NCBI RefSeq assembly: GCF_000143415.4
Contig: NW_003314267.1
Coordinates: 1,061,309 to 1,125,308, forward strand
DNA: 64,000 nucleotides
Direction of reading: 5' to 3'
From: Selaginella moellendorffii
Lineage: Eukaryota > Plantae > Lycopodiophyta
Within the stretch, counting starts at the first letter, position 1. Each line of letters begins with the position of its first letter. Below the pieces are notes generated by a model. That model did no database searches. It saw only the letters and a list, made by a program, of their open reading frames with translations, and was not told the DNA's origin. Below are positions 25,901-38,500 of the stretch, piece by piece. The position numbers and the translations under genes were made by a program.

Positions 25901-28900
25901 ATCACTAACTCTTCCTCTCGTGGAGGTAGCATAGTCCACGACTAAATCACTTTTCAAGGAAAAGCTAAAGCTCAACCCTCTACTAAATAATCTTGTCTAG
26001 AACACAACTAACTCAACTTGTCACTCAGTTTGTTTGAATGTCAAAATAGTTGCTAACTAGCAAATGTACCAATGCCAATAACACAAGCCATAGCCAAATC
26101 ATTAACACTATCTTCATTAAGACTAATGAAACTCAACATCAATCTTGCGGAGAGACATCTCATTTCACTGAAATCTCAATATCAACAATGTCAATGACAA
26201 GGCAGAACAAAGCGAGAAGAAAGCACGAGTGTATCACGACTCAAAACTCTTTAGCAACTAAGCTAACCAAAGTCGAAGATACTTTACTCAGTATCCGAGA
26301 CCAATTCTTCAACATTACTCAGGTACGGATAACACATCATCAAGGAGTGATTCACCACGTCCAGACTCAATGAAATCCAAAACCACGAACTAAACGCAAC
26401 CAAATGATATCGACAGAGATAGAGTCGATATGCCAACATGGAAAACCCATGTAAGTCTAACGACACGATCCTCCGCAACCCCATCCGGTAAAGCAAGCCC
26501 ATCACTGCTAAATCATCATCAAGCGAAGCAAGTGTCAAAAGCCTTTGACAAAGTCTACAAGTAATCACTAGTCGCAAAGCAACTAACAATCATTCTTTCA
26601 ACTTGCCTTCACAAGACCCAAACACTAAACTCACGTCATCGAGTCATACACTTGTCCAACATAAACGTGATACCTCTGGTATGAGATAAAAGTTCATAGA
26701 CAAGCATAAACTAAATGACCACTCAAATCCAACTCAATCACGATAAGCCCACCAAAGCATTTAGCCAATAGCTTTGAGCATGCCTTGAAGAGGCTAACTA
26801 TGCATGATCAACACTCAGCTGAAACTAAAGTGAAGACCATGAGATGGATTCATATCGGTACACAACCTCCTCATGGACAAAGCTATAGTACGGGTACCAA
26901 CATCTCAAACTCAAAGAACTAAGTTGAACATCACCATCCTCAGCCAAGGCGCAAGGCCACCAAGACCAAGTCAAGATCAGTGAGAGCTCACTACTCTCAT
27001 AGAGTCTAACAAAATGCAAAGTGCAACCTGCCACCAAGCATAACGCTACAAAAGAAAGGCACAAGGGTCACCTTTCTAGAAAAGTGTAACAGCCACTTTT
27101 CTACACTAATTCCAAACTCTATCCAACTCAATTGCAATAGCCCCAAAAGTTAGCATCCCTTTTGGGCCACATCATATAAACTACATACTAAGGTCTAAGC
27201 TAACCGAAGTCAACTCCAACCCCTTCACTAGTTTGTATTGGCTTTCGACAAACGGAATGGTTTTTGAGCAAAGTGATAACAGATCAGCCATTAGAAAAGT
27301 CTAAGAAAATTTGTGGAAAAATCTTTCCATTCTAAAGAAAGAATGACTCTCAGTCTAGGAATACAAACTTTCAAGACTTCACCAACTTCCTCCTACCAAC
27401 AAATTCACATAGGTTCACCTCAACACAAATTCTCATGATCCAACATCATGACCCATAGTATGCTTAAGCCTCGAACATCTCTACCTCCAACACCGACATC
27501 CACAAAGTGCAAAATGAACATCCAAGGCTTGATCACAAAGACCACATCTTCGGATATCCACATTGCATTAACACTCTTCTTCAACCACCTTCAATGTGAA
27601 GCTAAAACACTAACAAGAAAAATGACATGGAAAATCAAGCTCTAAGGAAACTTTCTCATCACTTGAAATAACAATGCCACCTCCACTAACACAAGTGCTA
27701 GTGATGTTAATGCCCCAACTACACATCTTCTCCATCCAACAATCTACTCCAAGTGCTAACGGATCAACCAACAAGCCATAGCAAATGAATGCTATAACCC
27801 TTTTCCAACATCTTAATGGGCGAACTCTAGGAAACAAGGTACCTACTTAAGCTTAGCATAATGAACCACCATCGAGAATCCAGTCAAAGCTACTACAATG
27901 CTACTTCGTGCAAGTAGACTAGCTTCTCCATCAACCACTTTGGGGTTGATCATCATTTAACCAAGTAACTTCGTAAACACATTGCTCATTATCACATGGA
28001 TATGATATAAATCACAATGACTTGATCATCAATCAAGCAACACTATGAGAAATGCCCATGTCACTACTGCAAAGGTTTATGTGAATATCAAGTGCTAACT
28101 CAATTCGACAAAATGCAACATAAATGCCACACCCTATCAATAGAGATTTACAACACCCAACACCACTAACTTTTGTTCACAACATGGACAAGCTCATGCC
28201 ACTCTCTTTCCGACCAAACTCAAAACTAATCCAACACCAAGCTATTCAAGGAGCAATAGCAAGGTTCCTCGAAAAAGAATTGAGCATTGCAACCCAAGTC
28301 TTCCAATAGCAAGCTTAGACAAAATGGTTTAGCGCTTCACCGCTATCCATCCCACAACTCACCATTGTAAGACCACCATCTCCAACATGCATCAAGATAG
28401 GGACTCTTGATTGCATGATGTGAACACAAGCAATGGGTTAACACCTCGTTGCAGATCATCTCTCCAAGAAGAGAAAATGATTTACGTATTTGATCCTTCG
28501 TCCCCGATGACTCTCTTTTCGGTCTCATCTTTGACCAAACCTCAAGCTTGCTTTCGCATTGCCTTCAGTTCAATCCAAGAAAAGTTTATGAGAGAGCACG
28601 GCCATGACTACTTAAACCAATAGACTAATCCCTATAGTCTTGATTGATCCACTTATAATCATACCTAGGAAGGATCCACTAGTGTCGTGCTAAATAGCTA
28701 TGGACTAGCCTATTTGCCACTCATAGCAAACCCAGGGAGGTTTGCTTTCACCCATGGTACATGGAACAACTTACGGAACCACTAGAACCATCGATAGGCT
28801 TACATTAATCCTGCCAACTCAAAGTGTAACCTCGAGTTGCTAATGCGCCTCACTCACGAGCCCAAGCTCAAACTCATGCAAATGGAACATCTCCAAACCA

Positions 28901-30240
28901 TCCTATGAGCCCAAGTGCAACCTCACATCATAAGGTACAACAAGGTAACCCAAAACCTATCCCAAGGAACCAATGCGAAGTCTTTGCACCCTAACGTGTA
29001 CCCATTCGGATCATCGTTTTCATCTCTGCGTATGCAACGAGACTAGTTGCCCAATCTCATTGGATAATACTCGCCGAGACTCATCCTCTGGTACCAAATG
29101 TAGCGCACGTGGTTTTGACCCTTTATCCTATGGTGATTTACCATAGGATAACACCACGAAGCGGAACCTAAACCCTCTTTGTGCCACGTGACAGATGCCA
29201 CGTGTCACATGCCACGTGTCCATAGGAACCCGAGGTTCAAGGCCTTGGGCCACTGAACGAAGGAACGGTGCCAAACTCCCAAGCGTGGAGCCAAGGAGTG
29301 ATGGAACTGTACCACGGAGCAACTCCCGAGCATAAAGCCCAAGGAGCGAAGGGACAGGGGCCTGGAGCGACTTGGAACAGTCCTGAAGCAACCAGCATCC
29401 CAATGCCAGGACCAGCACGCAAAACGCACGCAAAACGGAGTCTAGCACTATTTCGGCATACCGGTGGCCTAACGTGAGAGTATGGGTACTCCACCAGCTA
29501 GCATGGAATGGAACTTGGGCTTATACCCAAGCTGGACGCAGAACAAGGAGGCACGCAAGCGGGAGCTAAACTATGCCTCAGGTTGGTCGGCCATGCCCGA
29601 CCTACCCACTATCCCTATTATACATTTGGAACCCCCCACAGCCCCCCCCCCCCCCCCCCCCTTGAGGAACACACGCTTTGGGCTTTCACCCCAAGCCTCC
29701 CTTAGTATCAAGAGTTAGTCTCTGGGACAAGCTCGAAACTTACTAAATATGGAATGTTCTTAGATTGCGAATTTGGACACGGGACGAATACCGTTTTGTT
29801 CAGGCCAATCTCTACATTCCGTAGATGTGCCAAATGAGCAAATCTGGACACTTTCCATAAATAGCATTTGGGACCGAAATGAGACTAACACAAAGGGCAT
29901 GATAGCGAGGGTGTTTGGCAGACACGGTAAACTATCATGTAGTGATATTGAGGGACCAATCTCAATACGCGAGGGTTCTTGTCAAGCCAGTGCAAGACAG
30001 AGCAAAAGAGAACTAAAAAGCCAGGCCAAGTATGCTTGGCTGAATAGACACTTAGGAATTTCGTCCTTATGCTCATCCAGCCAAGTACAGATGCAAAGTC
30101 TAGTTTACTAACACTTGAACAAGAGGGGCTGATAAAGGGTCCAGCAATACCGACCTCCTGCCATCGTGGCAGTAAGGTAAGAGTGTCCATAAGGACTGGT
30201 CGACAGGTAACTTTCGATACCCGAAGTCACATACGTGACA
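22958..30240 (-). mobile_element. Large non-coding LTR retroelement (LARD), youngest copy
   Basis: LTRs of ~1.13 kb at 22958-24091 and 29099-30240, TG...CA and highly similar. Perfect TSD TCATC (22953-22957 and 30241-30245). PBS reverse complement CCTCTGGTACCA at 29085-29096, PPT reverse complement CTCTCCCCCCC at 24092. The 5-kb interior has no ORF above ~110 aa and no recognisable RT or integrase motif. Confidence 0.93.
25698..25797. other. Assembly gap (100 N)
   Basis: Run of N. Confidence 1.
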
Positions 30241-31308
30241 TCATCCCAAGACTACACTTTAACATTTTTAAGATGCCCGAAGATACAGAGAACACCCTTC
30301 TCTAATGTCCCTTCTTCAGTCCCCACCAAGTCCCTTTCTATCCACAGCCGTATTTGCTCACACGTTGGGTCAGGGCTTGAAGGCCCAACCACTAAGTTCT
30401 ATTGACCTCTAGGACTTTTTCACTCTATGACTATATCTTTGGTCACTACACAAAAGGATTACTCCTCTTCCTTTCCATAATCTAAGATTTTGGGACAACA
30501 TTTCAAAACACTATAGCCCTATGCGAGCCTCGTGGGAACTCTCCCCACCTTCCACCTTTAAGTGCTTTAGCCATGTGGCTAGAGTGAGGTTCCAATAAGC
30601 CATACTAGGTATCCAAGTAGGTAGTGCCACCCAAATTTGGATTGGGACCATTCAATCTCTCGAGGAAATTAGTATTGGCTCTTGAACACTTTACCAAATT
30701 ACCCTATTTATTCGTCTATATTCATTCTAGCTTTGGACTCCACAATGGTTATATCATCATCCACTATATGGGTATAACCTTCTTTAGTCATACTAATCTT
30801 TCCTGGCCAAATTGGCTCCATTAAAGTCCTCCCCCCTACTATACTTTTAGAGCTCACTTAACCCCCTAGGGTTTGGGAGAAGATCACTTTGGGCTTTCAC
30901 CCTCGAACTTGGACTCAGTCTTGGTTTCGGTTTCAATCTCAGTCTCGGTCTCGGTCTCTGTCTCATCCTTGATCTCAGACTTGACTTTGGACTCCATCTT
31001 AGGTCCATCTTGGGTCCATCTCAGGTCCATATCAGACTCCATCTCGGACTCTATCTCAGGTCCATCTCAAATCCATCTCGAGTCCATATCGAACTCTATC
31101 TCAAATCCATATTAGACTCCATCTCAAACTCCATCTCAAGTCCATCTCAAGTCTATATTGGACTCTATCTTGGACTCCATCTCGAGTCCATCTCGGGTCC
31201 ATATCAGACTCCATCTCGAGTCCATCTTGAGTTTATATTGGACTTCATTTCAGACTCCATCTTGAGCTCTTTCTCAAATTCATCTCGGAGTCCTTTCTGA
31301 TACTTCCA

Positions 31309-31539
31309 TGTAGCATATATGACCATAAGATAAGATTTGGATATACTGTCACCGTAGATCCTTGGAATCTTAAGGGATAAATGGGGATAAAAGAGTTACT
31401 AAAGGCTCTCTCATCAAGTAATTACCCCTCTTCCAGTTGGATTAAAGGGATGAGAATAAAATAGTTACTAAAGGCTCTTTCATTAAGTAATTGCCCTTTT
31501 TTTAATTGGCTTAAGAAAAGAGAGATAAGATGTGTTACA
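31309..31539 (+). mobile_element. TRIM solo LTR with internal ~70-bp duplication
   Basis: tgtagcatat...gtgttaca, with the gttactaaaggctct...taagtaatt block present twice. Confidence 0.8.
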
Positions 31540-32818
31540 GTTACAAATCCAAAAATCACATACTTCTTTGATCTTGTCTGGGATCATATTGAAGTATTTC
31601 TTTTATTTAATAAAGCTCCATAAAACTTCACCATTTATCACAGCCTTATAGTGCTCTTTTGCATGAGCTATGATCTTCCAATTAAGTTTGAGAAGCTTTC
31701 CCATTTGGCTATCATTTACCATGTGGCATCCAACAAGTGAATAAATTGAAGCTTGCATAAACCTGCAAAGTTCACTCTCTTGTTTAGGTCAAAATTGGCC
31801 AAGGTGTTTTCAACCATCTCCTTAAGTTAGCCTTGTGTACAAAGAAAAAATTAAACATTAGAAATTTCTTTAATGGATGAAGAAAAAGTTTCTAACTTGG
31901 CAAAGGTTGTGTATGTATGGAACCAAGACAAGAATCTCACATTGAGTGGCAAAAGAGATGTGTTTAACAATTCTTTGCTTTGCACTGAGTGATGGCTCTA
32001 TAACCTTGGCATTTTTGCAACTACAATACTTCTTGAGCCACCATACATATTTTCGATTAGCACTGCCACTCATCATCACAGGAGGTGATCACTTGGCAGC
32101 ACAGTAATTCCTTCAGAAGCACAAGAAAATTGTGGCTTAAGCTGCTAATTAACTTATCTACCATTAAGAAAGTGGGACACTGCAAAAATATCCCACTTTC
32201 TGGATATCTATTTCATGCTTTTACCCTTTATTAGTCCTCTTGATGTCAAACTTCTGATAGTGATAATAATAATGGAAACTCTTTAGAAGATTACATGACT
32301 TCAACATGACAAGCACATAATGCTATCTATCTTAGAAAATATGAAGAAAAATTATTGGCCTAAGATTCCAATATTTTTTTACTCTTCATGGTAAGCATAG
32401 TTTAGCTTAGTGTATTTGAAACCTGATTAAGGGTTGAAGATTCTTGAATATTCTTTACAGCCCATTTGGTTTTTTAAAGCAAACAAAAAACAATGAAATT
32501 TTTTTTTTAAAGGAAGCCTTGTAGGTGGGACTGAATGCCATATCCAATGCTGTATGTAGTATATAAAGAATTGGCTGTCAAAATTGTGTGAAAACCAGTT
32601 GTAACACCGCTTATAACTTCACTTGATCGATACATCTTGCTAGCAATGTTAACTACTGCAAACAAAATTCATGATCATATAAAAGCACTTGCAGCCAGAT
32701 AAAATGTAAGCGCAAGCTCCCACAATTATATGGGTATGATTCCCATTCCATTGGCTGCCTAAACTAATGTAGTTTAGTTTTTCACGAGTTATTCACGAGC
32801 GAGATCTCACGGCTCTTC

Positions 32819-33280
32819 TCACACAGTGCATACGCGATTGCTTCTCACTGTGAACACCGCCGCCACACTTGCTCCATCCCAAGTTCTCGTGTTTATACCC
32901 ATGATCTCTCCCATCAGCTTCGTCAACCTGGCAACTTCCTTGCGAACTTTCTTGATGCTCGGATGCGCAGTGTCTCCCACTCGAAACTTGTGCGTGTTGC
33001 CATCGATCTGGATCAGGCTCTCGGCCTCAAGCTTGTGGAGACCTTTGTCTCTCACCATCTTCTTCAATCCAGCAATGTCGTTCTCTCTCCCGGTTTGGCT
33101 GTAGATCTCCACGAGGATCTTGTACGGTGAAACGTTCTCTGGATCCAAAACAAACAATCTCTCTGCACAAAGCTTGCCATTCTCCGTGTCCAAGTGCCTC
33201 CGGCAGCAAGCAAGTAGAGTCATCCACACTCGAGCATCAGCTTCGAAAGGCATGCTACAATGAGCTCTCTTGCGAACAAG
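32819..33280 (-). pseudogene. PLS-class PPR protein C-terminal fragment (E/E+ domains), 5'-truncated
   Basis: MPFEADARVWMTLLACCRRH...AERLFVLDPENVSPYKILVEIYSQTG...MVRDKGLHKLEAESLIQIDGNTHKFRVGDTAHP. No upstream PPR motifs and no DYW domain; the sequence turns AT-rich abruptly at ~33295. Confidence 0.85.
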
Positions 33281-33761
33281 TGGATGTAGTAGAATTTGAG
33301 TATTTGGATATTTAATTTAATTAATTATAATTAAAATTTAGCTATTTGAGCTCATCTTAATTTGTAAAGTAAACCACTTTGCTTCATAAGTGTAACAAAT
33401 TATTTGTATTATCTAAATCATAAAATTTGACTTCAGCATATACCAAATAAGATACTCTTTGATCCTGATAATCATAACTTATGCTAAAGAAACTTAATTG
33501 TTTTTTAGTATATACCATATAGATATATAAACAAGCTAGGCTAATGTAGGTTATCACTTCAAGCTCAAAAAGAATGCTGGCCCACAGGCTTGCTGAATGA
33601 AAATACCAATGAGGAAATTGATATTGCCTAAGCATTCTATTGTTGAGAGTTTTGCATATGGATTACCAATTGGGTAACACTTGGGACGGAGGTTGTCAAG
33701 TCAATGCAACAGTAGTTGTGTGTATAAATATAATTACAGTATAAGATAATAGTAGTTTAGG

Positions 33762-34676
33762 ATGCTTGTAAAATTGTTATTAGCTGCTTTGATATTTCTA
33801 ACATTTATGAGCATTCATGCTGACAATATTAATTATGAAATTGGTAGAATTAATGCTATAAGTGCAGAAGTAGCAAAGACAATTATAATTACTATTGCAA
33901 AAGCAATTAATCAAATTCCTGATAATATAATTCCTTTAGGTCAAAGTCTGTATGGAGATGTATTAATCAATTCAAATAATGATGTTGGATTTGGGATTTT
34001 TGCTTTGGATACAGTTCAATTACTTTGTCATGTAACAAATGAGGGTCATACAGAAGCAGGATCTATTATAAGAAGCTCATTATATGAGATTCTAGCAAAT
34101 TCTTATTATGAAATAATAAATTCAGCTGCTTCATATATTATTATAAAATCTAACCATTTTATTATTTACTATTTCATTAGAAATTATAACCTTCAAAGTT
34201 TAGAAAATAATATATACAATAATTCCCAATTCCAGGAACAAATTATATCACAAATAGAAACAAGATGTAACATTTTTACATTTACATTAATAAGTGGTTA
34301 TATTAACATGCCACATCAATATTTACTGCCAACACAATTTTTAGTTTCTTTAAATAAAAAGTCACATCTATATCTAGACATTGATTGTAATTTAATATTA
34401 TATGCAGAAAATAGAGTTTTATGGTCAACTAAAACATCAAATAAAGGCTTGAAGTGTGTTTTAAGATTACAAGAAGATGGAAATTTAGTCCTATATTCTT
34501 TTAATAAAAATGTTCTTTGGCATTCAAATACCTACTGTAATAATAATAATTGCCATGAAAATGCGAATTTAATACTGCAAGATGACTGTAACTTAGTTTT
34601 ATATTTTACATATCAGACAACATTGAATATTAAACCAATAGTTAAACATGCATGGGCTTCTAAAACATTTTGTTAA
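33762..34676 (+). CDS. Secreted protein with an unknown N-terminal domain and a C-terminal bulb-type (GNA/B-lectin) mannose-binding domain
   Basis: Intact intronless 304-aa ORF with a hydrophobic signal peptide. Three QxDxNxVxY-type repeats: DIDCNLILY, QEDGNLVLY, QDDCNLVLY, each followed by a W-[SHA]-[ST] motif. TATA-like tataaatata at ~33724. Confidence 0.85.
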   Translation: MLVKLLLAALIFLTFMSIHADNINYEIGRINAISAEVAKTIIITIAKAINQIPDNIIPLGQSLYGDVLINSNNDVGFGIFALDTVQLLCHVTNEGHTEAGSIIRSSLYEILANSYYEIINSAASYIIIKSNHFIIYYFIRNYNLQSLENNIYNNSQFQEQIISQIETRCNIFTFTLISGYINMPHQYLLPTQFLVSLNKKSHLYLDIDCNLILYAENRVLWSTKTSNKGLKCVLRLQEDGNLVLYSFNKNVLWHSNTYCNNNNCHENANLILQDDCNLVLYFTYQTTLNIKPIVKHAWASKTFC

Positions 34677-35556
34677 ATAAAGTTTATAGTCATTTTTTGT
34701 TAACCTTTAGGAGAGAGGTGTAGAAAAATAGAATATGCTCCATCTCTAGATTGCTTGGTAGCCTGGATTTTGTTTGTTCTTGGATTGCACCTTTAAAAAG
34801 ACTGACTGCTTCCCCCTGTAGCTTTAAGAATCTCATCACTAGCTTTTGAGAGGACATGATGGATGGGTAGCAGCAACTCCTTGTAGCCAAACAAAGAATG
34901 GTTGTGGTATCATGGTTTTAGTATATCTTTCGGATTGAAAATGCCCTTTTAACACTCTGCATGTTTACAGTCCACGGTTAAATTAGCATTAAGGGAAAAT
35001 GTTCTTATGGTTTCAAAAAGACCGAACACCATGAGGCGTTATTTGGACCACTATCAAAAGGTTGTTGTAAGCTTGAATTGCAAAGAAGAGTAGAATTCTA
35101 GTAGCACACATGGGAATGCGAGTCTGAGTTATAGCAAATACATTAGACTACTTTTATGGGTGTTATTGACACAGTTTGTGAAATATACATGCAGGTGCAA
35201 AGCTTCTTGAAAGGGACGATGAACAAGCTCCACTGTTTTGAAACAATAGATAACTTTAAAATTAAATTCATAAAACCGATGGCCTTTTAAACGGGTTTAC
35301 TAACGGATTTGTCCATATGAATTCGCTTGGAGATCGGGCGCGCTGCCACACCACTTCAATGCGGCCAAGACGACGGGAATCCACGGCCCGCAGCGCGCAG
35401 CTCCTCGTAGATTCGGCATTTGGCCATGGTGTGTAAGGAGCCTGTAGAAAACCCACAATGCTCCATTCAAATCTATATATAATTAGGCAACAAGATAGAA
35501 ATATTACGAGTATAGAAGGAAAGAAGCTCACATTCTCTACGAGAAAACCCTGCGTC

Positions 35557-38500
35557 CTAGTTCCTGACCAAGCTCCGGCCGATTTTCAGCAGCTTCTTCA
35601 AGCCGGAGTCCTTGTTCTTGATCTTGTGCGGGACGTAGATCACTTCCACATCCGGAGGGATTGGTTTCGCTGCTACCATGCCTTCCACTCGCGGCTGGAA
35701 GCTCGCGGCCTTGATCTCCTGCTGCGAGGTAGCCACTTTCATCTGCGAAACCGGTTCCACCACTCTCGAGCTCGCGGCCTTGATCTGCGAAACGTCTCCC
35801 ACTTTCGAGCTCGCAGCTTCGATCTCGTCTCCATCTTGCGAGCTAGCGGCTTTGATCTGCGAAACTGGTTCCACCTGCGAGCTCGCGACTTTGATCTGCG
35901 CTTCCACTGCTTCCGCTGCTTCGCCACTGCCAACTTCTTTTGTTTGCCGAGAGCTAGCGTCTCTGATCTGTGAAACCTTGATCTGCGCTTCCACTGCTTC
36001 CACAGCTTCGCTGCTGTTAACTTCTTTTGCGTCTCTGATCTGTGTCACTTGTGTCGGTTGGACTGGGTTTAGCGTTTCCCTGCTGCTGCCTTTGTCTCCG
36101 GCGGGTTCCACCGCCGGAGCGCTGCTATCGTCATCTTTTGCGTGGCGAGAGTTCGCCACCATTTTCACTTCCGGGATATCTTTCGCTTGCTCAAAGCTAA
36201 CGGCCTCGATCTGTGGGACTTCGAGGGAGATACCACTGCTGCCGTAGTGGAGCTCATCGGCCTTTTCCAGAGTCTCGGCGCTGAGCCCTGGAGACGCTAC
36301 TCTTTCGGCACTCTTAGTACTTACTTGCTGCAGGTGAGAAGAGGACGACGACTCGTTAGGATTCAATGCAATGGAACTCGTCACCCCCGGGGGAGCATTA
36401 CCTGAAACTTTGGCTTTCTCCTGGCTAGAGGCTGCCAGAGCTGGAGTCGATGGGACTCCCTTGAGACTCCTGGACGAGGCCGACCGAGAGTCTGCTTGTG
36501 AGAGAGAAGCTCCTGCCCGGTTTGAGGAAGCCTTCTGTGTCTCCGGTTTTACCAGTTCTCGCACTGACGCTACGCTTTTCCTCATCACAGGCATTGGCTT
36601 CTTAGTAGAGGATGATTCTCCTGCTTTTCCAGTTGCTCCCTGCTGTCGGACAGCCGGCGGCTTTGCGTTTTCCTTGCGAACGTCTGCAAGGGAAGGGACG
36701 GATCGGCTGAGCGGATTGCTGCTTGACGTTGGCTTTTTTACTGAAGAACTCTTGTTTGTTGTCGTCGAACTCAATGCTCTGGTCGGGGGCTTGCTAGAAG
36801 TACTGGTTCTACTCACTTTGGACACGGCCGGCTGAGATTTTGGTGTTGAAGTGCCTCCGGTTCGTGCAGCAATTCGATTGCGACGTTCAGCCGCAATTTC
36901 TTCGAGACGTTTCCTCTCTGCCTCCTCCTGCAAGTACCAAGGATGGTTAGATACACGCAGTCAGCATATAACATACCTTCTCTCTTTTTGTCTTCAGAAT
37001 TGATGATCTTGTTGCCTTGAACCGAGAAGACAATTCGGCCTTTCGTTTGTCTAGCGTGTCTTGCAGCGACTTCAGTCTTGCTTCTCTCTCTGCCTTCTTC
37101 GGCCCAGCCTCCTTCGTCAACTTAGCGTCTCGCTGTTCATGGTATTGCTCGTAAAATTTCTCCTCGACTTCCTCTTCTGGTGCAGGCTCAGGTTTCGGTT
37201 GCATGGCCGACATTGCCTCCATTTCAACGTTGACGTCGCTCCATCGCTTCTCAAGTGACTCCTTCCCCACCGATCTCTCTGGCAGCATCCATATATCCTC
37301 CGGCTCGAACTTTGGACTTTCAGGCTTTTCTTTTGTCTCTACGTAAAGCTGGTCTGCCGGCATTTCGAGCTCCAAGGTCCGTCTTGTCACCTCTGAGGTA
37401 TCAAGAGCAGGTCGAGAAGGGACGATAAAAAGATCCTGTAGTACTGCATCTGAACTCATATCCTTGGAATCGTCCTGTCGATTTTGATGCTGATAAGACT
37501 CGTCTATCGGATGTGCTGAATCCGAGAAACCAGAACGCTGGGGAATGATGAAGGAATCGTCCAAGTTACCATCGTGTTGGCCTGCTTTCCTGAAAGACAG
37601 TTCTGAGTCGTAATTGCTAGAGACGAAATGCCCGGCCTGATTCCTCCCAGGCAGCACCAGTCCATCCTTGGACGCTAGATTACTAGATTTCATCTGATCT
37701 TCAGCACCATACTGGGAACCTGTCTTTCTCCCATGAGCTCTTCCGTCACCATTAAGCATATATGAGTCATCGGAAGTAAACTCTGAACGTCTCCTGTCGT
37801 GCTGTTGTGGGAGTGCTTCCGAGTCAAAAGCATACGCATTTCCCCCAGATTGAAGGCCGCCTCTCCCTGGTACCGAGAAGTAAGTATCATCAATCGTATC
37901 CTTTCCGTTTGCTGATGCATGGGAGCCTTCAGACGAGATCTCCGTTACCACAGGAACAGATTTGTGGCGCCTCGTTTTCTTTTTGTTTCGACTCGGACGT
38001 TCTTCGCTATAATGTTGCTTCCCCCCTTGATCTATCTCACTGCTAGTTTCAAACTCACTGCTCTCATCGGATTCGTTTTCCGTGCTCCTGCTTTTGTTTC
38101 CACCAGCAGGTTGATCCTGTGACCCTGTAATATAATTGATATTCCGGATAAGAACCATGCCTGACCGTTTTCCTGGACGCCCGACTTGAACTTTCTTTAG
38201 TGGCGAAGACGTTCTTCTCCGAGGTGAAGACTTCCTGCTGTTCTTTTTGCCGTTACTTTTTTCTGCTACTTCATCCTCTTCCTCCTCTGCTTCACCGTTG
38301 GTGGATGCGTTGTTGAAAGTACCGGGGGGAGGAACCGCCCAGTATGGATTCATCTGGCCGTAGTTACCGTTCACGTATGGATTCTGAGGCATAAATCGAG
38401 GATCGTAACCCTGCTCGCTGCCGAAATGCATCCAAGGAGGAGGATGTCCATACGGTGGCATTCCCATCATCTGAGGAAAGCTGTGGTGCTGATCAGACAG

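Larger units (their letters stand above)
22628..31300. mobile_element. Second (inverted) copy of repeat A, interrupted by the LARD
   Basis: 22628-22957 joined to 30246-31300 matches the reverse complement of ~3685-4710, including the GGACTCCATCTC-type array at ~30910-31290. Confidence 0.75.

Noticed and set aside
31560-32130. Possible decayed spliced gene on the minus strand (LKEMVENTLANFDLN, EF-hand-like)
   Set aside because: Too short and stop-ridden to assign.
35458-36835. Long plus-strand ORFs (171, 189 and 154 aa); similar ones at 49604-50218
   Set aside because: Antisense shadows of GC-rich or repetitive exons of the CIP7-like and DUF936 genes.
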